Assembly: GCA_947259175.1 (NCBI GenBank)
Contig: CAMYKW010000005.1
Span: 1,732-65,731, forward strand
Source: an uncultured Gammaproteobacteria bacterium
GTDB taxonomy: Bacteria > Pseudomonadota > Gammaproteobacteria > Arenicellales > JAANXG01
Direction of reading: 5' to 3'
DNA length: 64,000 nt
The first letter of the stretch is position 1; each line of letters opens with the position of its first letter. The notes under the pieces were generated by a model. The model was not told the origin of the DNA, ran no database searches, and was given only the letters and a program-made list of their open reading frames with translations. Of the stretch, positions 41,620 through 53,194 are shown in pieces. Position numbers and translations under genes: made by a program.

Positions 41620-43419
41620 GTGGTTTCGACCTCGCCTATCAAACCCAAGGAAATTGACCAGTATTTGTCGGTTCGCGGCCTTCTCGAAGACCTGGTTGCG
41701 GACACCATGATTTCACCGGAAGAGGCAAAGCGGCTATACACGTACAGCCGCATGAAGACCGATTCCAGCAAACATCCCTTGGTCATCATCGCCGAATTGC
41801 AGCCCGCCGACATGCGCAATCCCGGCAGAATCCTGGTGCTGGAGCATCTCGTGGCATGGCTGGCGAAAAGGATCGGCATGCCCTACGAACGCATCGATCC
41901 GCTCAAAATCGACGTGCGCAAGGTGGCGCATTTGATTTCCTACGCATACGCCGCGAAAAGGCACATCCTGCCCATCGAGGTGTCCCGCGATACGGTGGTC
42001 ATCGCCTGCGCCGATCCGTTCCAAGTCGATTGGCAAGACGAAATCAGCCAACTGTTGCGCAAGAATGTGCTGCTGGTGCTTGCCAACCCCCTGGAGATCG
42101 CACGTTATCTGAATGAGTTCTACAACATCGCCCGTTCCATCAAGCGGGCCACGCGGGAGGGGGAAGAGTCGGGGCGACAGATCATCCAGAACCTGGAGCA
42201 ACTGATTGAACTGGGCCGCCTGGGTCAACTCGATGCTGAAGACCACCACGTCGTGCATATCGTCGACTGGTTGCTGCAATACGCCTTTGAGCAACGCGCC
42301 AGCGACATCCACCTCGAGCCACGGCGCGAACAAGGGGACATTCGTTTCCGCATCGATGGGGTTCTTCATTCGGTATATCAGGTGCCTCCCAATGTGATGA
42401 GCGCCATTATCGGACGCATTAAGACCTTGGGCAGAATGGACATCGCGGAAAAGCGACGACCTCTGGACGGGCGGTTGAAGACCAAGACCCCGGAGGGCAG
42501 CGAGATTGAACTGCGACTGTCCACCGTTCCCACCGCGCTCGGCGAAAAGATGGTGTTGCGCATCTTCGATCCGACGGTGATGCGGCGCAGTTTCGAGGAC
42601 TTGGGATTGTCCAGCGAGGAACTGGACATCTGGGGGAGCATTGTCAAACAACCCCACGGTATTATCCTCGTCACCGGCCCCACGGGATCCGGAAAGACCA
42701 CCACTTTGTATTCCACGCTCAAGCAGCTCGCCACTCCGGATGTCAACGTGTGCACCATCGAAGATCCCATCGAAATGGTGGAACCCACTTTCAATCAAAT
42801 CCAGGCGCAGCCCGGCATCGACCTGACCTTCGCCGCCGGGGTGCGCGCCCTGCTGCGCCAGGACCCGGACATCATCATGATCGGCGAGATACGCGACCTG
42901 CAAACCGCGGAGATGGCGGTGCAAGCGGCGTTGACCGGCCACCTGGTGTTTTCCACGCTGCATACCAACGACGCGCCCTCGGCGATCACCCGCTTGCTGG
43001 AGATCGGCGTACCGGCTTACCTGATCAACGCCACGGTGTTGGGGGTGGTGGCGCAACGCCTGGTGCGCACGCTGTGCCCGGACTGTAAAACCGAAGTGTC
43101 GCTGTCGGACGACACGTGGCGGGTGCTGGTGCGGCCGTGGGATCTGGCCGCTCCCGAACCGGCGTACGGACCCAAGGGATGCCTGGAGTGCCGGAATACC
43201 GGATATTACGGCCGCATCGGACTCTATGAGATGGTGCGCATGACGCCCACGCTGCAAAAACGGGTCATTTCTTCGGCGGATCTCGCCGCTATCCGCGAGC
43301 AGGCGCTGAAGGACGGGATGCAGCCGCTACGCATCAGCGGAGCGAAAAAAATACGCGCCGGGATCACCACACTCACCGAAATCATGCGGGTAATACCCAA
43401 AGACAACACGGACATCTGA
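41620..43419 (+). CDS. GspE/PilB family secretion ATPase (orphan)
   Basis: ASDIHLEP, GPTGSGKT, LRQDPD, TLHTND, CxxC..CxxC. Confidence 0.93.
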   Translation: MVSTSPIKPKEIDQYLSVRGLLEDLVADTMISPEEAKRLYTYSRMKTDSSKHPLVIIAELQPADMRNPGRILVLEHLVAWLAKRIGMPYERIDPLKIDVRKVAHLISYAYAAKRHILPIEVSRDTVVIACADPFQVDWQDEISQLLRKNVLLVLANPLEIARYLNEFYNIARSIKRATREGEESGRQIIQNLEQLIELGRLGQLDAEDHHVVHIVDWLLQYAFEQRASDIHLEPRREQGDIRFRIDGVLHSVYQVPPNVMSAIIGRIKTLGRMDIAEKRRPLDGRLKTKTPEGSEIELRLSTVPTALGEKMVLRIFDPTVMRRSFEDLGLSSEELDIWGSIVKQPHGIILVTGPTGSGKTTTLYSTLKQLATPDVNVCTIEDPIEMVEPTFNQIQAQPGIDLTFAAGVRALLRQDPDIIMIGEIRDLQTAEMAVQAALTGHLVFSTLHTNDAPSAITRLLEIGVPAYLINATVLGVVAQRLVRTLCPDCKTEVSLSDDTWRVLVRPWDLAAPEPAYGPKGCLECRNTGYYGRIGLYEMVRMTPTLQKRVISSADLAAIREQALKDGMQPLRISGAKKIRAGITTLTEIMRVIPKDNTDI

Positions 43420-43470
43420 CAGTTCGTGCGCCCCTGGCGCTGGTTTCGCTGCGGTGCTGCAGCCGCCGCG

Positions 43471-45132
43471 TTATCTGACGCCGAACACCATCTCCCGCGC
43501 CCGGCTGGCGATGTCGGCGCCAAACACGCGCTCCAGGACCAACGACAGCGCGACGGAACCACCGGAAAGCAGCCGGTCATGAAAGCCGCGCAGGTTGAAA
43601 CCGGGTTCTTCCGCCCGGCAGCGGTCGCGCACCGCGTTAATCAACGCCCACCCGGTGGCATATCCCAGCGGCACCGTCGGTGCTCGGCTGTACCAGGTCA
43701 AGTCCGCCATCGCCTGCTCGGCGGGAAATCCGAGATGCCGCTGCATGCGTTCACTGGCTTCCTCGAGCGTCGTGCCCCGTGTGTGAATCTCAACATCAAT
43801 CATGATCCGCAGCGCCCGCCACAGGCGATCCTTCAATAAAAGGAACTCGTGTTCGGGTTGATCGAGGAATCCCTGCTCACGCATCAATTGCTCGCAATAC
43901 AAGGCCCAGCCCTCGTACAGGGTCGCCGACGCATTGAGCAAACGTGGAAATGTGCGCGTTACCGGATTGTTATTGGCGGTCACGAACTGCAGGTGATGGC
44001 CGGGGTAGGCTTCATGGGCGCAGGTTGACATGAGCCCGAGGTAATTGTGCTCGGCCAGCATCGCGGGTTGATCTGCGGGGGTGACGTAGTAGTAACCGTG
44101 TTGATCGGCGTCGTCCGGCGCCGGCTCCATATACGCGGCAAATGGGATCTCATGGCGAAGAAACACGGGCGTTTCTATCACCGTCAACGTCTCGCGCTGC
44201 GGAAGCGTGATCAGATCTTCACGCATCAGGAACTCGCGGGCGGCGCCCATCTGCACGCGATAGCTGTCGACCAGCGTCTGCGCCGTGGGATGGTGCGCCT
44301 GAATCTTTGCCGCCAACGCAGCGATGTCGTCGCTGCCGCTCAGCTCGCGGCACACCCTGTGGAGCTCGCGCTCGGTGTGGGCGAACAATTCCGATCCCAG
44401 GGTGTGCAGGCGGGCCGCATCGACATCGAGGAAATGCCGTAATTCGAGCAGCATCGCGAATCGCTTGCCGCCGCTGGCGAAATCACCGCCTGCCCTGGGA
44501 CCGAGCTCGGTTTGCAGGAATTCGGCGTAACCGCCCAACGCCTCGACCCCTTGCGCAATCAGTTCGGGCAATTTCCGATACACTTTGACGGCGTCCACCA
44601 CCTTGATATTACCGGTCAGGCCGCGCAAGAACTCCATGCCCGACTCCGCCGCGAGCGCCGCTGACTCGAGCCACAACGGCGGTATTGCCTCCGGCGCCTG
44701 CATCAGCATATATCGCGCATCGCGCAGATATGCGGGGATGGCCTTCAGCCGCGCGATCAGCGCCGGCGCAAAATTGTCGATATCGCGAATGGTCAGTTGA
44801 TGGATGGCGTTCAGCGGCAGATAACGCTGCGGATCCCGGTGGCGCCAGTCGAATTCCGACATCGCCTCGATTTCCAGCACCGCCGCACCGGCCATCAGCC
44901 GCGCGTCGATCCGCTGATCTTCATCGAGCGCCGATTGATCGACGGCCTCGAGGCCGTCGAGGAGTTTCTCGTTGAGCACCAACAGCGCACTGACGTCGTC
45001 GTCGGCATACGGGGTGAGACGGTCCGCATGGGCCTGAACGCCTACATCCAACGCCGCCTCCGGATGATAGCGGAACCAGGCCCGATAATAACTGTCCCGC
45101 AGACTTTCGAACTCGTGATCGGGTGCGGCCAT
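43471..45132 (-). CDS. DUF885 family putative metallopeptidase
   Basis: HEAYPGHHLQ, EGWALY, FHDRLL; no signal peptide. Confidence 0.88.
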   Translation of the reverse strand: MAAPDHEFESLRDSYYRAWFRYHPEAALDVGVQAHADRLTPYADDDVSALLVLNEKLLDGLEAVDQSALDEDQRIDARLMAGAAVLEIEAMSEFDWRHRDPQRYLPLNAIHQLTIRDIDNFAPALIARLKAIPAYLRDARYMLMQAPEAIPPLWLESAALAAESGMEFLRGLTGNIKVVDAVKVYRKLPELIAQGVEALGGYAEFLQTELGPRAGGDFASGGKRFAMLLELRHFLDVDAARLHTLGSELFAHTERELHRVCRELSGSDDIAALAAKIQAHHPTAQTLVDSYRVQMGAAREFLMREDLITLPQRETLTVIETPVFLRHEIPFAAYMEPAPDDADQHGYYYVTPADQPAMLAEHNYLGLMSTCAHEAYPGHHLQFVTANNNPVTRTFPRLLNASATLYEGWALYCEQLMREQGFLDQPEHEFLLLKDRLWRALRIMIDVEIHTRGTTLEEASERMQRHLGFPAEQAMADLTWYSRAPTVPLGYATGWALINAVRDRCRAEEPGFNLRGFHDRLLSGGSVALSLVLERVFGADIASRAREMVFGVR

Positions 45133-45158
45133 GCAACTGAGCGTGGGGATACCGCCGG

Positions 45159-45581
45159 TTAAGGATTCGGCGAGATGATTTGATAACTGTGGGATATTTT
45201 TGCGGTCTTGCCCAGCATAATCGAGGCTGAGCAATATTTTTCCGCGGACAGTTCCACCGCGCGCTTGACCGCCTTGTCGGTCAGCTTGTCGCCGCTGATA
45301 AAGAAATTGACGCGGATATGGGTGAACACCTTAGGCACGTCTTCGGCGCGGTCGGCCTCCAGCTCCACGCGGCAGCCGGTCACCTGGTGGCGGGATTTAC
45401 GCAGAATGTGCACCACATCAAAGGCCGTGCACGCCCCCATGCCCAGCAACACCAACTCCATCGGCCGGGCGCCGAGATTACGGCCGCCGTACTCCGGAGG
45501 GCCGTCTACGCCTATCGTGTGACCGCTTTCCGTGGTGCCCTCGAAGTTGACACCGTCTCTGAGGTCAATTGACGCTTTCAT
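45159..45581 (-). CDS. OsmC/YhfA family protein
   Basis: [13 protein letters not shown] and EKYCSAS. Confidence 0.92.
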   Translation of the reverse strand: MKASIDLRDGVNFEGTTESGHTIGVDGPPEYGGRNLGARPMELVLLGMGACTAFDVVHILRKSRHQVTGCRVELEADRAEDVPKVFTHIRVNFFISGDKLTDKAVKRAVELSAEKYCSASIMLGKTAKISHSYQIISPNP

Positions 45582-46408
45582 CCGCTCTCCACTCTAATTC
45601 CAGGCGCCGGTAGCGCAAAAAGTTCAGCCAGCTTGGCCCCGGGCTCCGTGGCGCGCATGAATGCTTCGCCGATAAGGAACCCGTAGACACCGTGCTCAAC
45701 CATGAGCTTGACGTCATCCCGCGCATGAATTCCGCTTTCGGTGACTACGATGCGATTGTCGGGAATCAACGCCAACATGTCGAGGGTGGTTGCCAGGCGG
45801 GTTTCAAAGGTTCTCAAGTCGCGATTATTGATTCCGATCATCGGCACCCGCAAATCCAATGCGCGCTCCAATTCCGGTTCATCGTGGACCTCGACCAACA
45901 CGTCCATGCCCAGCTCCAACGCCAGGCTCGACAGCTCCATGAGCTGCGCATCGCCGACCGCGGCGACGATCAATAGAATGCAATCGGCGCCGATGGCCCG
46001 CGCCTCCCACACTTGGTAGGGATCGATAGTGAAATCCTTGCGCAATACCGGCAGCGCACAGGCCTGCTTGGCCTGAATCAGATAGTCGTCGTGACCTTGA
46101 AAAAATGCGCTATCGGTCAACACCGACAGGCAGGTGGCGCCGGCCTCGGCATAACTCCCGGCGATCGCCACCGGATCGAAATTCGCGCGAATCACCCCCT
46201 GACTCGGAGACGCCTTTTTAATCTCCGCGATAACCGCCGGTTGTCTGCGCGTGATGCGTTCTTCCATCGCCTCCAGAAAACCGCGCGGATGAGGAGTATC
46301 GTGTGCTCTTGCACGCAATTCCTGAAGCGGTTGCACGCCGGTGCGCTGGGTAATTTCCCGCGCCTTGTGGCGCAGGATCTTAGTGAGGATGTCGACCTGG
46401 GCGGACAT
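45578..46408 (-). CDS. trpC: Indole-3-glycerol phosphate synthase
   Basis: [28 protein letters not shown]. Confidence 0.97.
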   Translation of the reverse strand: MSAQVDILTKILRHKAREITQRTGVQPLQELRARAHDTPHPRGFLEAMEERITRRQPAVIAEIKKASPSQGVIRANFDPVAIAGSYAEAGATCLSVLTDSAFFQGHDDYLIQAKQACALPVLRKDFTIDPYQVWEARAIGADCILLIVAAVGDAQLMELSSLALELGMDVLVEVHDEPELERALDLRVPMIGINNRDLRTFETRLATTLDMLALIPDNRIVVTESGIHARDDVKLMVEHGVYGFLIGEAFMRATEPGAKLAELFALPAPGIRVESG

Positions 46409-46411
46409 GCC

Positions 46412-47425
46412 TTACTGGTTGGTGAATGCAACGAATTGATCGAACTTGCGCTGCGCGGATCCATCCGCGATCGCCGCCAATGCCTTGCTCACCCCGGATT
46501 TGAGATCGTCAGCAACGCCAGACGCATAGATCGCCGCCCCGGCGTTGAGCGCAACAATGCCCCGCGCCGGACCGGCATCGCCGTCGAGCACGCCGCGAAT
46601 CATTTTGAGGCTATGTTCCGCGCTGGTTACCGCCAATTGTTCAATGTCCGCCCGGTCGAGATCGAAGTCTTCCGGGGTGATCACGTAAGCTTGGATTTCG
46701 CCGTCTTTCAATTCCGCCACATGGGTCGGCGCGCCGATACTGATCTCATCCATGCCGTCTTGCGCATGGACGACCAACACGTGGCGACTGCCGAGCTGGC
46801 GCAACACCTGCGCGATCGGCTCCAGCAACGCCGCGTCGAATACCCCCAACACCTGATTCGGCGCTCCGGCTGGATTGGTCAACGGGCCCAGCACATTGAA
46901 CACGGTGCGTACGCCCATTTCACGCCGCGGGCCGATGGCGAATTTCATCGCCCCGTGATGCAGCGGCGCGAACATGAAGCCAATGCCGACTTTTGCGATA
47001 CATTGCGCCACCCGCTGCGAATCGAGTTCCAAGTTGGCGCCCGCCGCCTCCAACAAATCCGCACTGCCGGACTTGCTCGATACCGAACGATTTCCATGCT
47101 TGGCGACTTGCGCACCCGCGGCGGCGGCGACGAACGCCGACGCGGTGGAAACGTTAAAGGTATTGCGCGCATCCCCTCCGGTGCCGCAGGTGTCCACCAG
47201 ATGCGGCGCCGACACCGTGACTTTGGACGCCAGGGCACGCATCACCTCGGCGGCCGCCGTGATTTCATCGATGGTTTCGCCTTTCATGCGCAGCCCGATG
47301 AGGAAACCACCGATCTGCGCCGGCGTGGTCTCGCCGGTCATGATTGCCTGCATCACCTCGCGCATGTCCTCACGGGACAAATCGCGTCTTTCAATAACCG
47401 CACTTATAGCTTGTTGGATATTCAT
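46412..47425 (-). CDS. trpD: Anthranilate phosphoribosyltransferase
   Basis: [17 protein letters not shown]; start refined to MNIQQAI. Confidence 0.97.
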   Translation of the reverse strand: MNIQQAISAVIERRDLSREDMREVMQAIMTGETTPAQIGGFLIGLRMKGETIDEITAAAEVMRALASKVTVSAPHLVDTCGTGGDARNTFNVSTASAFVAAAAGAQVAKHGNRSVSSKSGSADLLEAAGANLELDSQRVAQCIAKVGIGFMFAPLHHGAMKFAIGPRREMGVRTVFNVLGPLTNPAGAPNQVLGVFDAALLEPIAQVLRQLGSRHVLVVHAQDGMDEISIGAPTHVAELKDGEIQAYVITPEDFDLDRADIEQLAVTSAEHSLKMIRGVLDGDAGPARGIVALNAGAAIYASGVADDLKSGVSKALAAIADGSAQRKFDQFVAFTNQ

Positions 47426-47559
47426 AACATGAGCAAACGATTCGAAGTCTTTAACTGGATCGCGAAGCGCAATCCTCGAGCTTACCGCACGCCGGCGCCC
47501 GGCACGGGAGCGGCGGCACGGGGACATGTCCTTGCTTGCGCCGGTTCACGATCTGGCGA

Positions 47560-48126
47560 TCAAGTTTCCAGGAAATTGCGTAACAAATCATGACCGTGTT
47601 GCGTCAGAATGGACTCGGGATGAAACTGCACCCCTTCCACATTCAGCGATTCGTGCCTGAGTCCCATGATCTCGCCGTCGTCGGTCCACGCCGTGATCTC
47701 CAGACATTCCGGTAAAGTCTCGCGCTCCACGACCAATGAGTGATACCGCGTCGCCGGAAACGGGCTCTCGAGCCCGCGAAACACCCCTTGGCCACGGTGA
47801 TGAATCAGCGATGTCTTTCCGTGCATCAGCTCTTTGGCGCGCGCGATAACGCCGCCGAAGGCCTGGCCAATACTTTGATGACCGAGGCACACACCAAGGA
47901 TCGGAATCTTACCACCGAACTGATGAATCACCTCCACCGAGATGCCCGCCTCATTAGGGGCACAAGGCCCCGGCGAGATGACGATGAAATCCGGTTGCAT
48001 CTGCGCAATCTCCGCAATGGTGATCTGATCATTACGATAGACCTCCACATCCTCGCCGAGCTCACCCAGGTATTGCACCAGGTTATAGGTAAACGAATCG
48101 TAGTTATCTATCATCAGTAATGACAT
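47560..48126 (-). CDS. trpG: Anthranilate synthase component II
   Basis: IDNYDSF, GVCLGHQ, QFHPES. Confidence 0.95.
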   Translation of the reverse strand: MSLLMIDNYDSFTYNLVQYLGELGEDVEVYRNDQITIAEIAQMQPDFIVISPGPCAPNEAGISVEVIHQFGGKIPILGVCLGHQSIGQAFGGVIARAKELMHGKTSLIHHRGQGVFRGLESPFPATRYHSLVVERETLPECLEITAWTDDGEIMGLRHESLNVEGVQFHPESILTQHGHDLLRNFLET

Positions 48127-48182
48127 AGGTCACCCGTGCGAATATTTCTCGACGATTGTTGCGCACCTTGCCGGCGTGACCG

Positions 48183-49682
48183 TCAATCCGGGCTCAGCCC
48201 GCGATCGAGACCGGCGCTGGCCATCGCCACCGCGCGAAAGATCGCGCGCCCCTTGTTCATGGTTTCCATCCACTCCCGGCTGGGCACCGAATCGGCAACT
48301 ATTCCGGCGCCCGCTTGTATATACAGCACTTCATCTCGTATCACCGCGGTGCGTATTGCGATGGCGGTATCCATGTTCCCGTTCCAGCCGATGTACCCCA
48401 CGGCGCCGGAGTATATGCCGCGTTTATCCGGCTCCAATTCGTCGATGATTTCCATGGCCCTGACCTTGGGCGCGCCGCTCACGGTGCCCGCCGGGAACGT
48501 AGCGCGCAGCACATCGATCGCGTCGAGCGCTTCGGCCAACTCGCCTTGCACGTTGGAAACGATGTGCATGACATGGGAATAACGCTCGACTATCATTTTT
48601 TCTGTAAGGCGGACCGAACCGGTGGTCGCCACCCTGCCGACGTCGTTGCGTCCCAGATCCACCAGCATCAAATGCTCCGCCAGTTCCTTGGGATCCGCCA
48701 TCAACTCGCGCTCCAGGCGCAAATCGTCCTCGGAATCCCGTCCGCGGCGGCGGGTGCCGGCAATGGGGCGCACCGTCACCTCACGGTCCTCCAATCGCAC
48801 CAGGATCTCCGGCGAGGAACCCACGATTTGAAAATCGTCCATATCCAGGAAATACATATAGGGCGACGGATTGACGGTGCGCAATGCCCGATACATGTCG
48901 ATGGGCTCGGCGTAAAACGGGATGGACAAGCGCTGGGACAGGACCACTTGCATGATATCCCCGTTGCGGATGTACTCCCGGGATTGCTCCACCGCGTCTT
49001 CGAAATCCGCCTGTGTGAACTCGGATTCAAAATCCTCCTCGTCGACACGCATTGGCTCGTGATCGCCGGAGGCCAATAGCGGAATATCGCGAAGATCCGC
49101 AATGAGTTCCTCCAGACGCCGGTTGCCTTGTTTCCAGCCCGCAGAATCCTCCGGATCGATATGGGTGATGACGTGCAGCCGTCCGGTCAGATTATCGAAC
49201 ACCAGCACGTCTTCGGAGACCATCAGCATGATATCCGGGGCGCCGACGGGATCAGGCTTGTGGGACGGGCCCAGATGGGTCTCGATGTATCGCACCGTGT
49301 CGTAGCCGAAATAACCCACCAAGCCCCCGGTGAACCGCGGCAACCCGTCAATCTCCGGCACTCGGTAACGCCGCTGAAATTCGCCCACCGCCGCCAGCGG
49401 GTCGTCAACGGTTTCCTGTTCAACGACCTCGCCGTCGTCAAGCACCTGCAGTTCATTTCCCCACACCCGCAACACGGTACGGCAGGGCAGACCGATAATG
49501 GAGTAGCGGCCCCATTTCTCGCCGCCGTGAACCGATTCCAGCAGATACGAGTAAGGGCCGTTGGCCAGCTTGAGGTAGGTGCTGACCGGGGTATCGAGGT
49601 CAGCCAATACCTCGCGCATCAGCGGAACGCGATTGAATCCTTGGGACGCGAAGTTAGCGAGATCGGACTTTTGAACGGGCAT
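48183..49682 (-). CDS. trpE: Anthranilate synthase component I
   Basis: LLES and NPSPYM Trp-feedback motifs, [13 protein letters not shown]. Confidence 0.97.
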   Translation of the reverse strand: MPVQKSDLANFASQGFNRVPLMREVLADLDTPVSTYLKLANGPYSYLLESVHGGEKWGRYSIIGLPCRTVLRVWGNELQVLDDGEVVEQETVDDPLAAVGEFQRRYRVPEIDGLPRFTGGLVGYFGYDTVRYIETHLGPSHKPDPVGAPDIMLMVSEDVLVFDNLTGRLHVITHIDPEDSAGWKQGNRRLEELIADLRDIPLLASGDHEPMRVDEEDFESEFTQADFEDAVEQSREYIRNGDIMQVVLSQRLSIPFYAEPIDMYRALRTVNPSPYMYFLDMDDFQIVGSSPEILVRLEDREVTVRPIAGTRRRGRDSEDDLRLERELMADPKELAEHLMLVDLGRNDVGRVATTGSVRLTEKMIVERYSHVMHIVSNVQGELAEALDAIDVLRATFPAGTVSGAPKVRAMEIIDELEPDKRGIYSGAVGYIGWNGNMDTAIAIRTAVIRDEVLYIQAGAGIVADSVPSREWMETMNKGRAIFRAVAMASAGLDRGLSPD

Positions 49683-49734
49683 AAATCATCACCGGGTACG
49701 GAATGTGGTCAACACATGAGATAGTCGGACAGGC

Positions 49735-49800
49735 TCAGCAGCGCCAACAGCGCGCCACACCGCTCCATGTCCAATCCCGCCCAATGATGTGAATGCTCAC
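49735..49800 (-). CDS. Trp leader peptide (TrpL-like), MSIHIIGRDWTWSGVARCWRC
   Basis: GTG-started 21-codon ORF with three TGG codons, ending 52 nt upstream of trpE; not in the ORF track. Confidence 0.7.
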   Translation of the reverse strand: MSIHIIGRDWTWSGVARCWRC

Positions 49801-49812
49801 GTCGTTACGCAG

Positions 49813-50532
49813 TCAATCGATGATCTGGAGAATGCCGGATAGTTCCTTGAACGACGCTATGATTGCGTTAGGATCGTGTTTCGTCAAGTCCACACCCTGA
49901 TTGTAGCCGTAGGTAACACAGATCACCGGCATGCCCGCCGCCTTGGCCGCCTGGATGTCATTGATCGAATCCCCGATCAAGATCGCATCGCCCGGGGCGA
50001 TGCCGAATTGCTCACAAATGTGCAGCAACGGCATGGGGTCCGGTTTTTTCTTCGCCAGGCTGTCGCCGGAAACAACCGATTCGAAAAATCCGTCCAGCTC
50101 CAGCTCCTCCAGTAACGGTTCGGTAAAGGCCTGTGCTTTATTGGTCACGCACGCCAGCCTGAATCCCACGCCCTTGAGTTCGGTGATCGCCTCGCGCACG
50201 TCGGGATAGGGTTCGCTGTGCTCGCAAACACCCTCCATATAATGCCGATGAAACAGCGCGTGTCCGCGTTCGAACAGCTCGGGCTCCGGTTCACCGTCCC
50301 AGGTTTCGGTCAACGCCCGCTTGACCAGGCGTGTGACCCCGTTGCCGATCCAATTCATTACGTCGCTCTGCGGCAGCGTGGACATGCCAAGATCTTCGCG
50401 CATGCGGTTTACCGCATTGGCAAGATCCGGGGCGGTATGAATCAGGGTGCCGTCGAGATCGAATATGAGCGCGCGGACCTTGTACGAATCCCGGACACCG
50501 GCGGCGCCGGTATTGGATGCGCCGGCCGTCAT
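49813..50532 (-). CDS. gph: Phosphoglycolate phosphatase (HAD)
   Basis: FDLDGTL, TNK, KPDP, GDSIND; rpe-gph-trpE synteny. Confidence 0.93.
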   Translation of the reverse strand: MTAGASNTGAAGVRDSYKVRALIFDLDGTLIHTAPDLANAVNRMREDLGMSTLPQSDVMNWIGNGVTRLVKRALTETWDGEPEPELFERGHALFHRHYMEGVCEHSEPYPDVREAITELKGVGFRLACVTNKAQAFTEPLLEELELDGFFESVVSGDSLAKKKPDPMPLLHICEQFGIAPGDAILIGDSINDIQAAKAAGMPVICVTYGYNQGVDLTKHDPNAIIASFKELSGILQIID

Positions 50533-51221
50533 GGCACCGCCTTGGCGATCTCCGCGCGCATCGCCGCGATGGTCGCCTGGTAATCGTCGGTGCCGAAGAT
50601 CGCCGACCCGGCGACAAACGTGTCGGCGCCGGCCGCGGCGATTTGTCCGATGTTGTCGATCTTCACCCCGCCGTCGATCTCCAGCCTGATATCGCGCCCG
50701 CTGCTATCGATAATGGCTCGCACCTGTTTGAGTTTTTCCAAAACATAGGGGATGAATTTTTGTCCGCCGAAGCCGGGATTGACCGACATCAGCAGCACCA
50801 TATCCAGATGCTCGGTGACGTGGCGGAGATAGTCCACCGGCGTCGCCGGATTGAACACCAGTCCGCACTTACAACCCGATTCCTTGATCAGCTGCAATGA
50901 CCGGTCGACGTGTTCGCTGGCCTCGGGATGGAATGTAATATAGGTCGCCCCGGCGGCGGCAAAGTCGGGAATGATGCGATCCACCGGCTTTACCATCAGA
51001 TGAACGTCGATGGGCGCATCGATGCCATGATTGCGCAACGCCTCGCAGATCAACGGCCCGATCGTCAGATTCGGCACGTAATGGTTGTCCATCACGTCGA
51101 AATGCACGATATCGGCCCCCGCCGCCAATACGTTTTCAACCTCCTCACCCAGACGGGCGAAATCCGCGGAGAGAATAGAAGGAGCAATCGCGTAATCTGC
51201 CATACGGTTTCCTTGACTCAT
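50529..51221 (-). CDS. rpe: Ribulose-phosphate 3-epimerase
   Basis: [26 protein letters not shown]; alternative start 51203. Confidence 0.97.
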   Translation of the reverse strand: MSQGNRMADYAIAPSILSADFARLGEEVENVLAAGADIVHFDVMDNHYVPNLTIGPLICEALRNHGIDAPIDVHLMVKPVDRIIPDFAAAGATYITFHPEASEHVDRSLQLIKESGCKCGLVFNPATPVDYLRHVTEHLDMVLLMSVNPGFGGQKFIPYVLEKLKQVRAIIDSSGRDIRLEIDGGVKIDNIGQIAAAGADTFVAGSAIFGTDDYQATIAAMRAEIAKAVP

Positions 51222-51342
51222 TAGTTTTATCGAATGGATGTCGCCCAGAGATTAACCACATTTGGCGGCAAGTGACAATGACCGAGAACAAGTTGATGCA
51301 CCGGCGCCGATCCACCGATGGCTTCAACCGTGCCCCGCGGTA

Positions 51343-52722
51343 CTAACGGATCGCCAGAAACAGAGCGCCGTTGCCGCGGCGGATATTCATCAGGACCCCG
51401 TTGGGCGACGCCGCCAGCGCCGCGCGCATCTCGTCGACGTCGCGCACCGTCACCCGGTTCACCGACACGATCACGTCGTCCTTGCGCAGTCCCGCACTCC
51501 ACGCCCGGCTGCCCGGCTCGACGTCGGCAACCAGGACGCCCGCCTGCTCTCCGATGCCGGAATCATCGAACTTATTGGAGAATCGCGCGCCGGCGAGCCG
51601 ACGGCTGAGCTTTTCGCCTTCGATTGCCGATAGTTTCGGTTGTTCGATTTTGGCGGTAACCTTGCGTTCCCGGCCGCGCCGCACAACAGTCAATTCAACC
51701 ACCTGACCGATGCGCAATAATCCCACCGCGTTGCGCAAATCGGCGGCGTCCTCGACCACCTTGCTGTTGACCCGCATCACGACATCACCCTCGCGCAGGC
51801 CGGCCTTCTCGGCGGGCGAATCGGGGACTATTTGCGCCACCACCGCGCCGCTGTTTTCCGGGATGCCGAATGCGCGCGCCAGTTCCGGGGTAAGGTCCTG
51901 AATGTGCACCCCCAGCCGGCCACGGCGGACTTCACCGAATTCCACCAGTTGATCCTTGAGCTGCTTCGCCATATTGATGGGGATCGCAAAACCGATGCCG
52001 ACGTTACCGCCGGAGGGCGCCAGGATCGCGGTGTTGATGCCCACCAGTTCACCGCGAAGATCAACCAACGCGCCGCCGGAATTGCCGGGATTAATGGACG
52101 CATCCGTCTGGATGAAATCTTCATAACCCTCGATGCCCAGCCCGCTGCGTCCCAGGGCGCTGATGATGCCTGAGGTGACGGTCTGATTGAGCCCGAAGGG
52201 ATTGCCGATGGCGACCACGAAGTCCCCCACGCGCAGTGCGTCGGAGTCTCCCAGTCGTATCGCCGTGAGTTTGGTCGCCGGGATGCGAATAACCGCCACA
52301 TCGGAATCGGGATCGGCGCCGATGAGCTCCGCGGTGAAGTTGCGGCCGTCCTGCAGGGTGACGGTAATTTCATCGGCCTTGTCGATGACGTGGGCATTGG
52401 TCATCACGTAACCTTGCCTGGCGTCGACGATGACCCCCGAGCCGAGGCTCTGCGTGCGCCGCCGCCGCGGCCGCGGCTCGGGCAGATCAAAGAACCGGCG
52501 GAAGAACGGATCCTGCAGCAGCGGATTTTCGCGAATGCGCACGTCGCTGCGGGTGGCGATGTTCACAACCGCCGGGGTAATCTGCTCCAACATCGGCGCA
52601 AGACTCGGCAGCGGCTCGCCGGCAACCAGCGCCGGCAACGCGGCCCCCGCGATGGACCACGGCGTCCACGCCAGGATCAGCAAGCCCACCGCCCGCCAGC
52701 AAGCATATCGCCGTTTGTGCAT
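51343..52722 (-). CDS. degQ: DegQ/DegP periplasmic serine protease
   Basis: Signal peptide, TNAHV, GNSGG, two PDZ domains. Confidence 0.9.
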   Translation of the reverse strand: MHKRRYACWRAVGLLILAWTPWSIAGAALPALVAGEPLPSLAPMLEQITPAVVNIATRSDVRIRENPLLQDPFFRRFFDLPEPRPRRRRTQSLGSGVIVDARQGYVMTNAHVIDKADEITVTLQDGRNFTAELIGADPDSDVAVIRIPATKLTAIRLGDSDALRVGDFVVAIGNPFGLNQTVTSGIISALGRSGLGIEGYEDFIQTDASINPGNSGGALVDLRGELVGINTAILAPSGGNVGIGFAIPINMAKQLKDQLVEFGEVRRGRLGVHIQDLTPELARAFGIPENSGAVVAQIVPDSPAEKAGLREGDVVMRVNSKVVEDAADLRNAVGLLRIGQVVELTVVRRGRERKVTAKIEQPKLSAIEGEKLSRRLAGARFSNKFDDSGIGEQAGVLVADVEPGSRAWSAGLRKDDVIVSVNRVTVRDVDEMRAALAASPNGVLMNIRRGNGALFLAIR

Positions 52723-52789
52723 ATTGACTCTCTCTAGGCAGCTCAAGGTCTGTGGTTCGCCGCGAACGACACCGGCGGCGACGGCGGGT

Positions 52790-53179
52790 TCAGCGCCCAC
52801 CCGCCGGCGCAGCTTTCAATAGATACCACGAATCGCGCAGCGGTAACCAGTGTCGGCCTGCCAGCGCCGGGTCCCGGGGCTGGGGTGGCTCGACATCGGG
52901 CGAAAACGCCAACACCAGTCGCGGATTGTCTTTCGGCGAGAACGTGACGTAGGTGTCGTAGGTGGTGACCAGCGTTTGGCTCAGCGAGCCGGGAATCGGG
53001 ACCTTGGCGCCGCGGCCCGGACCCAGCACCTGCCCCGCGTAATCGCGCGCCGCACCCTCGTTCATATACAGCCATTTTTCGCTGAGCGGCTTGCCTTGCC
53101 AGCAATTCTGCAGCGCGAAGAACACAACCAACAACACGGTAATGAATATCAGCAGCCGGTTCGCATTCATCTGAAACAT
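52790..53179 (-). CDS. Hypothetical protein with N-terminal membrane anchor
   Basis: 129 aa co-oriented ORF filling the gap; hydrophobic N-terminus. Confidence 0.65.
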   Translation of the reverse strand: MFQMNANRLLIFITVLLVVFFALQNCWQGKPLSEKWLYMNEGAARDYAGQVLGPGRGAKVPIPGSLSQTLVTTYDTYVTFSPKDNPRLVLAFSPDVEPPQPRDPALAGRHWLPLRDSWYLLKAAPAGGR

Positions 53180-53194
53180 GGTTCGGCGTTTTTC

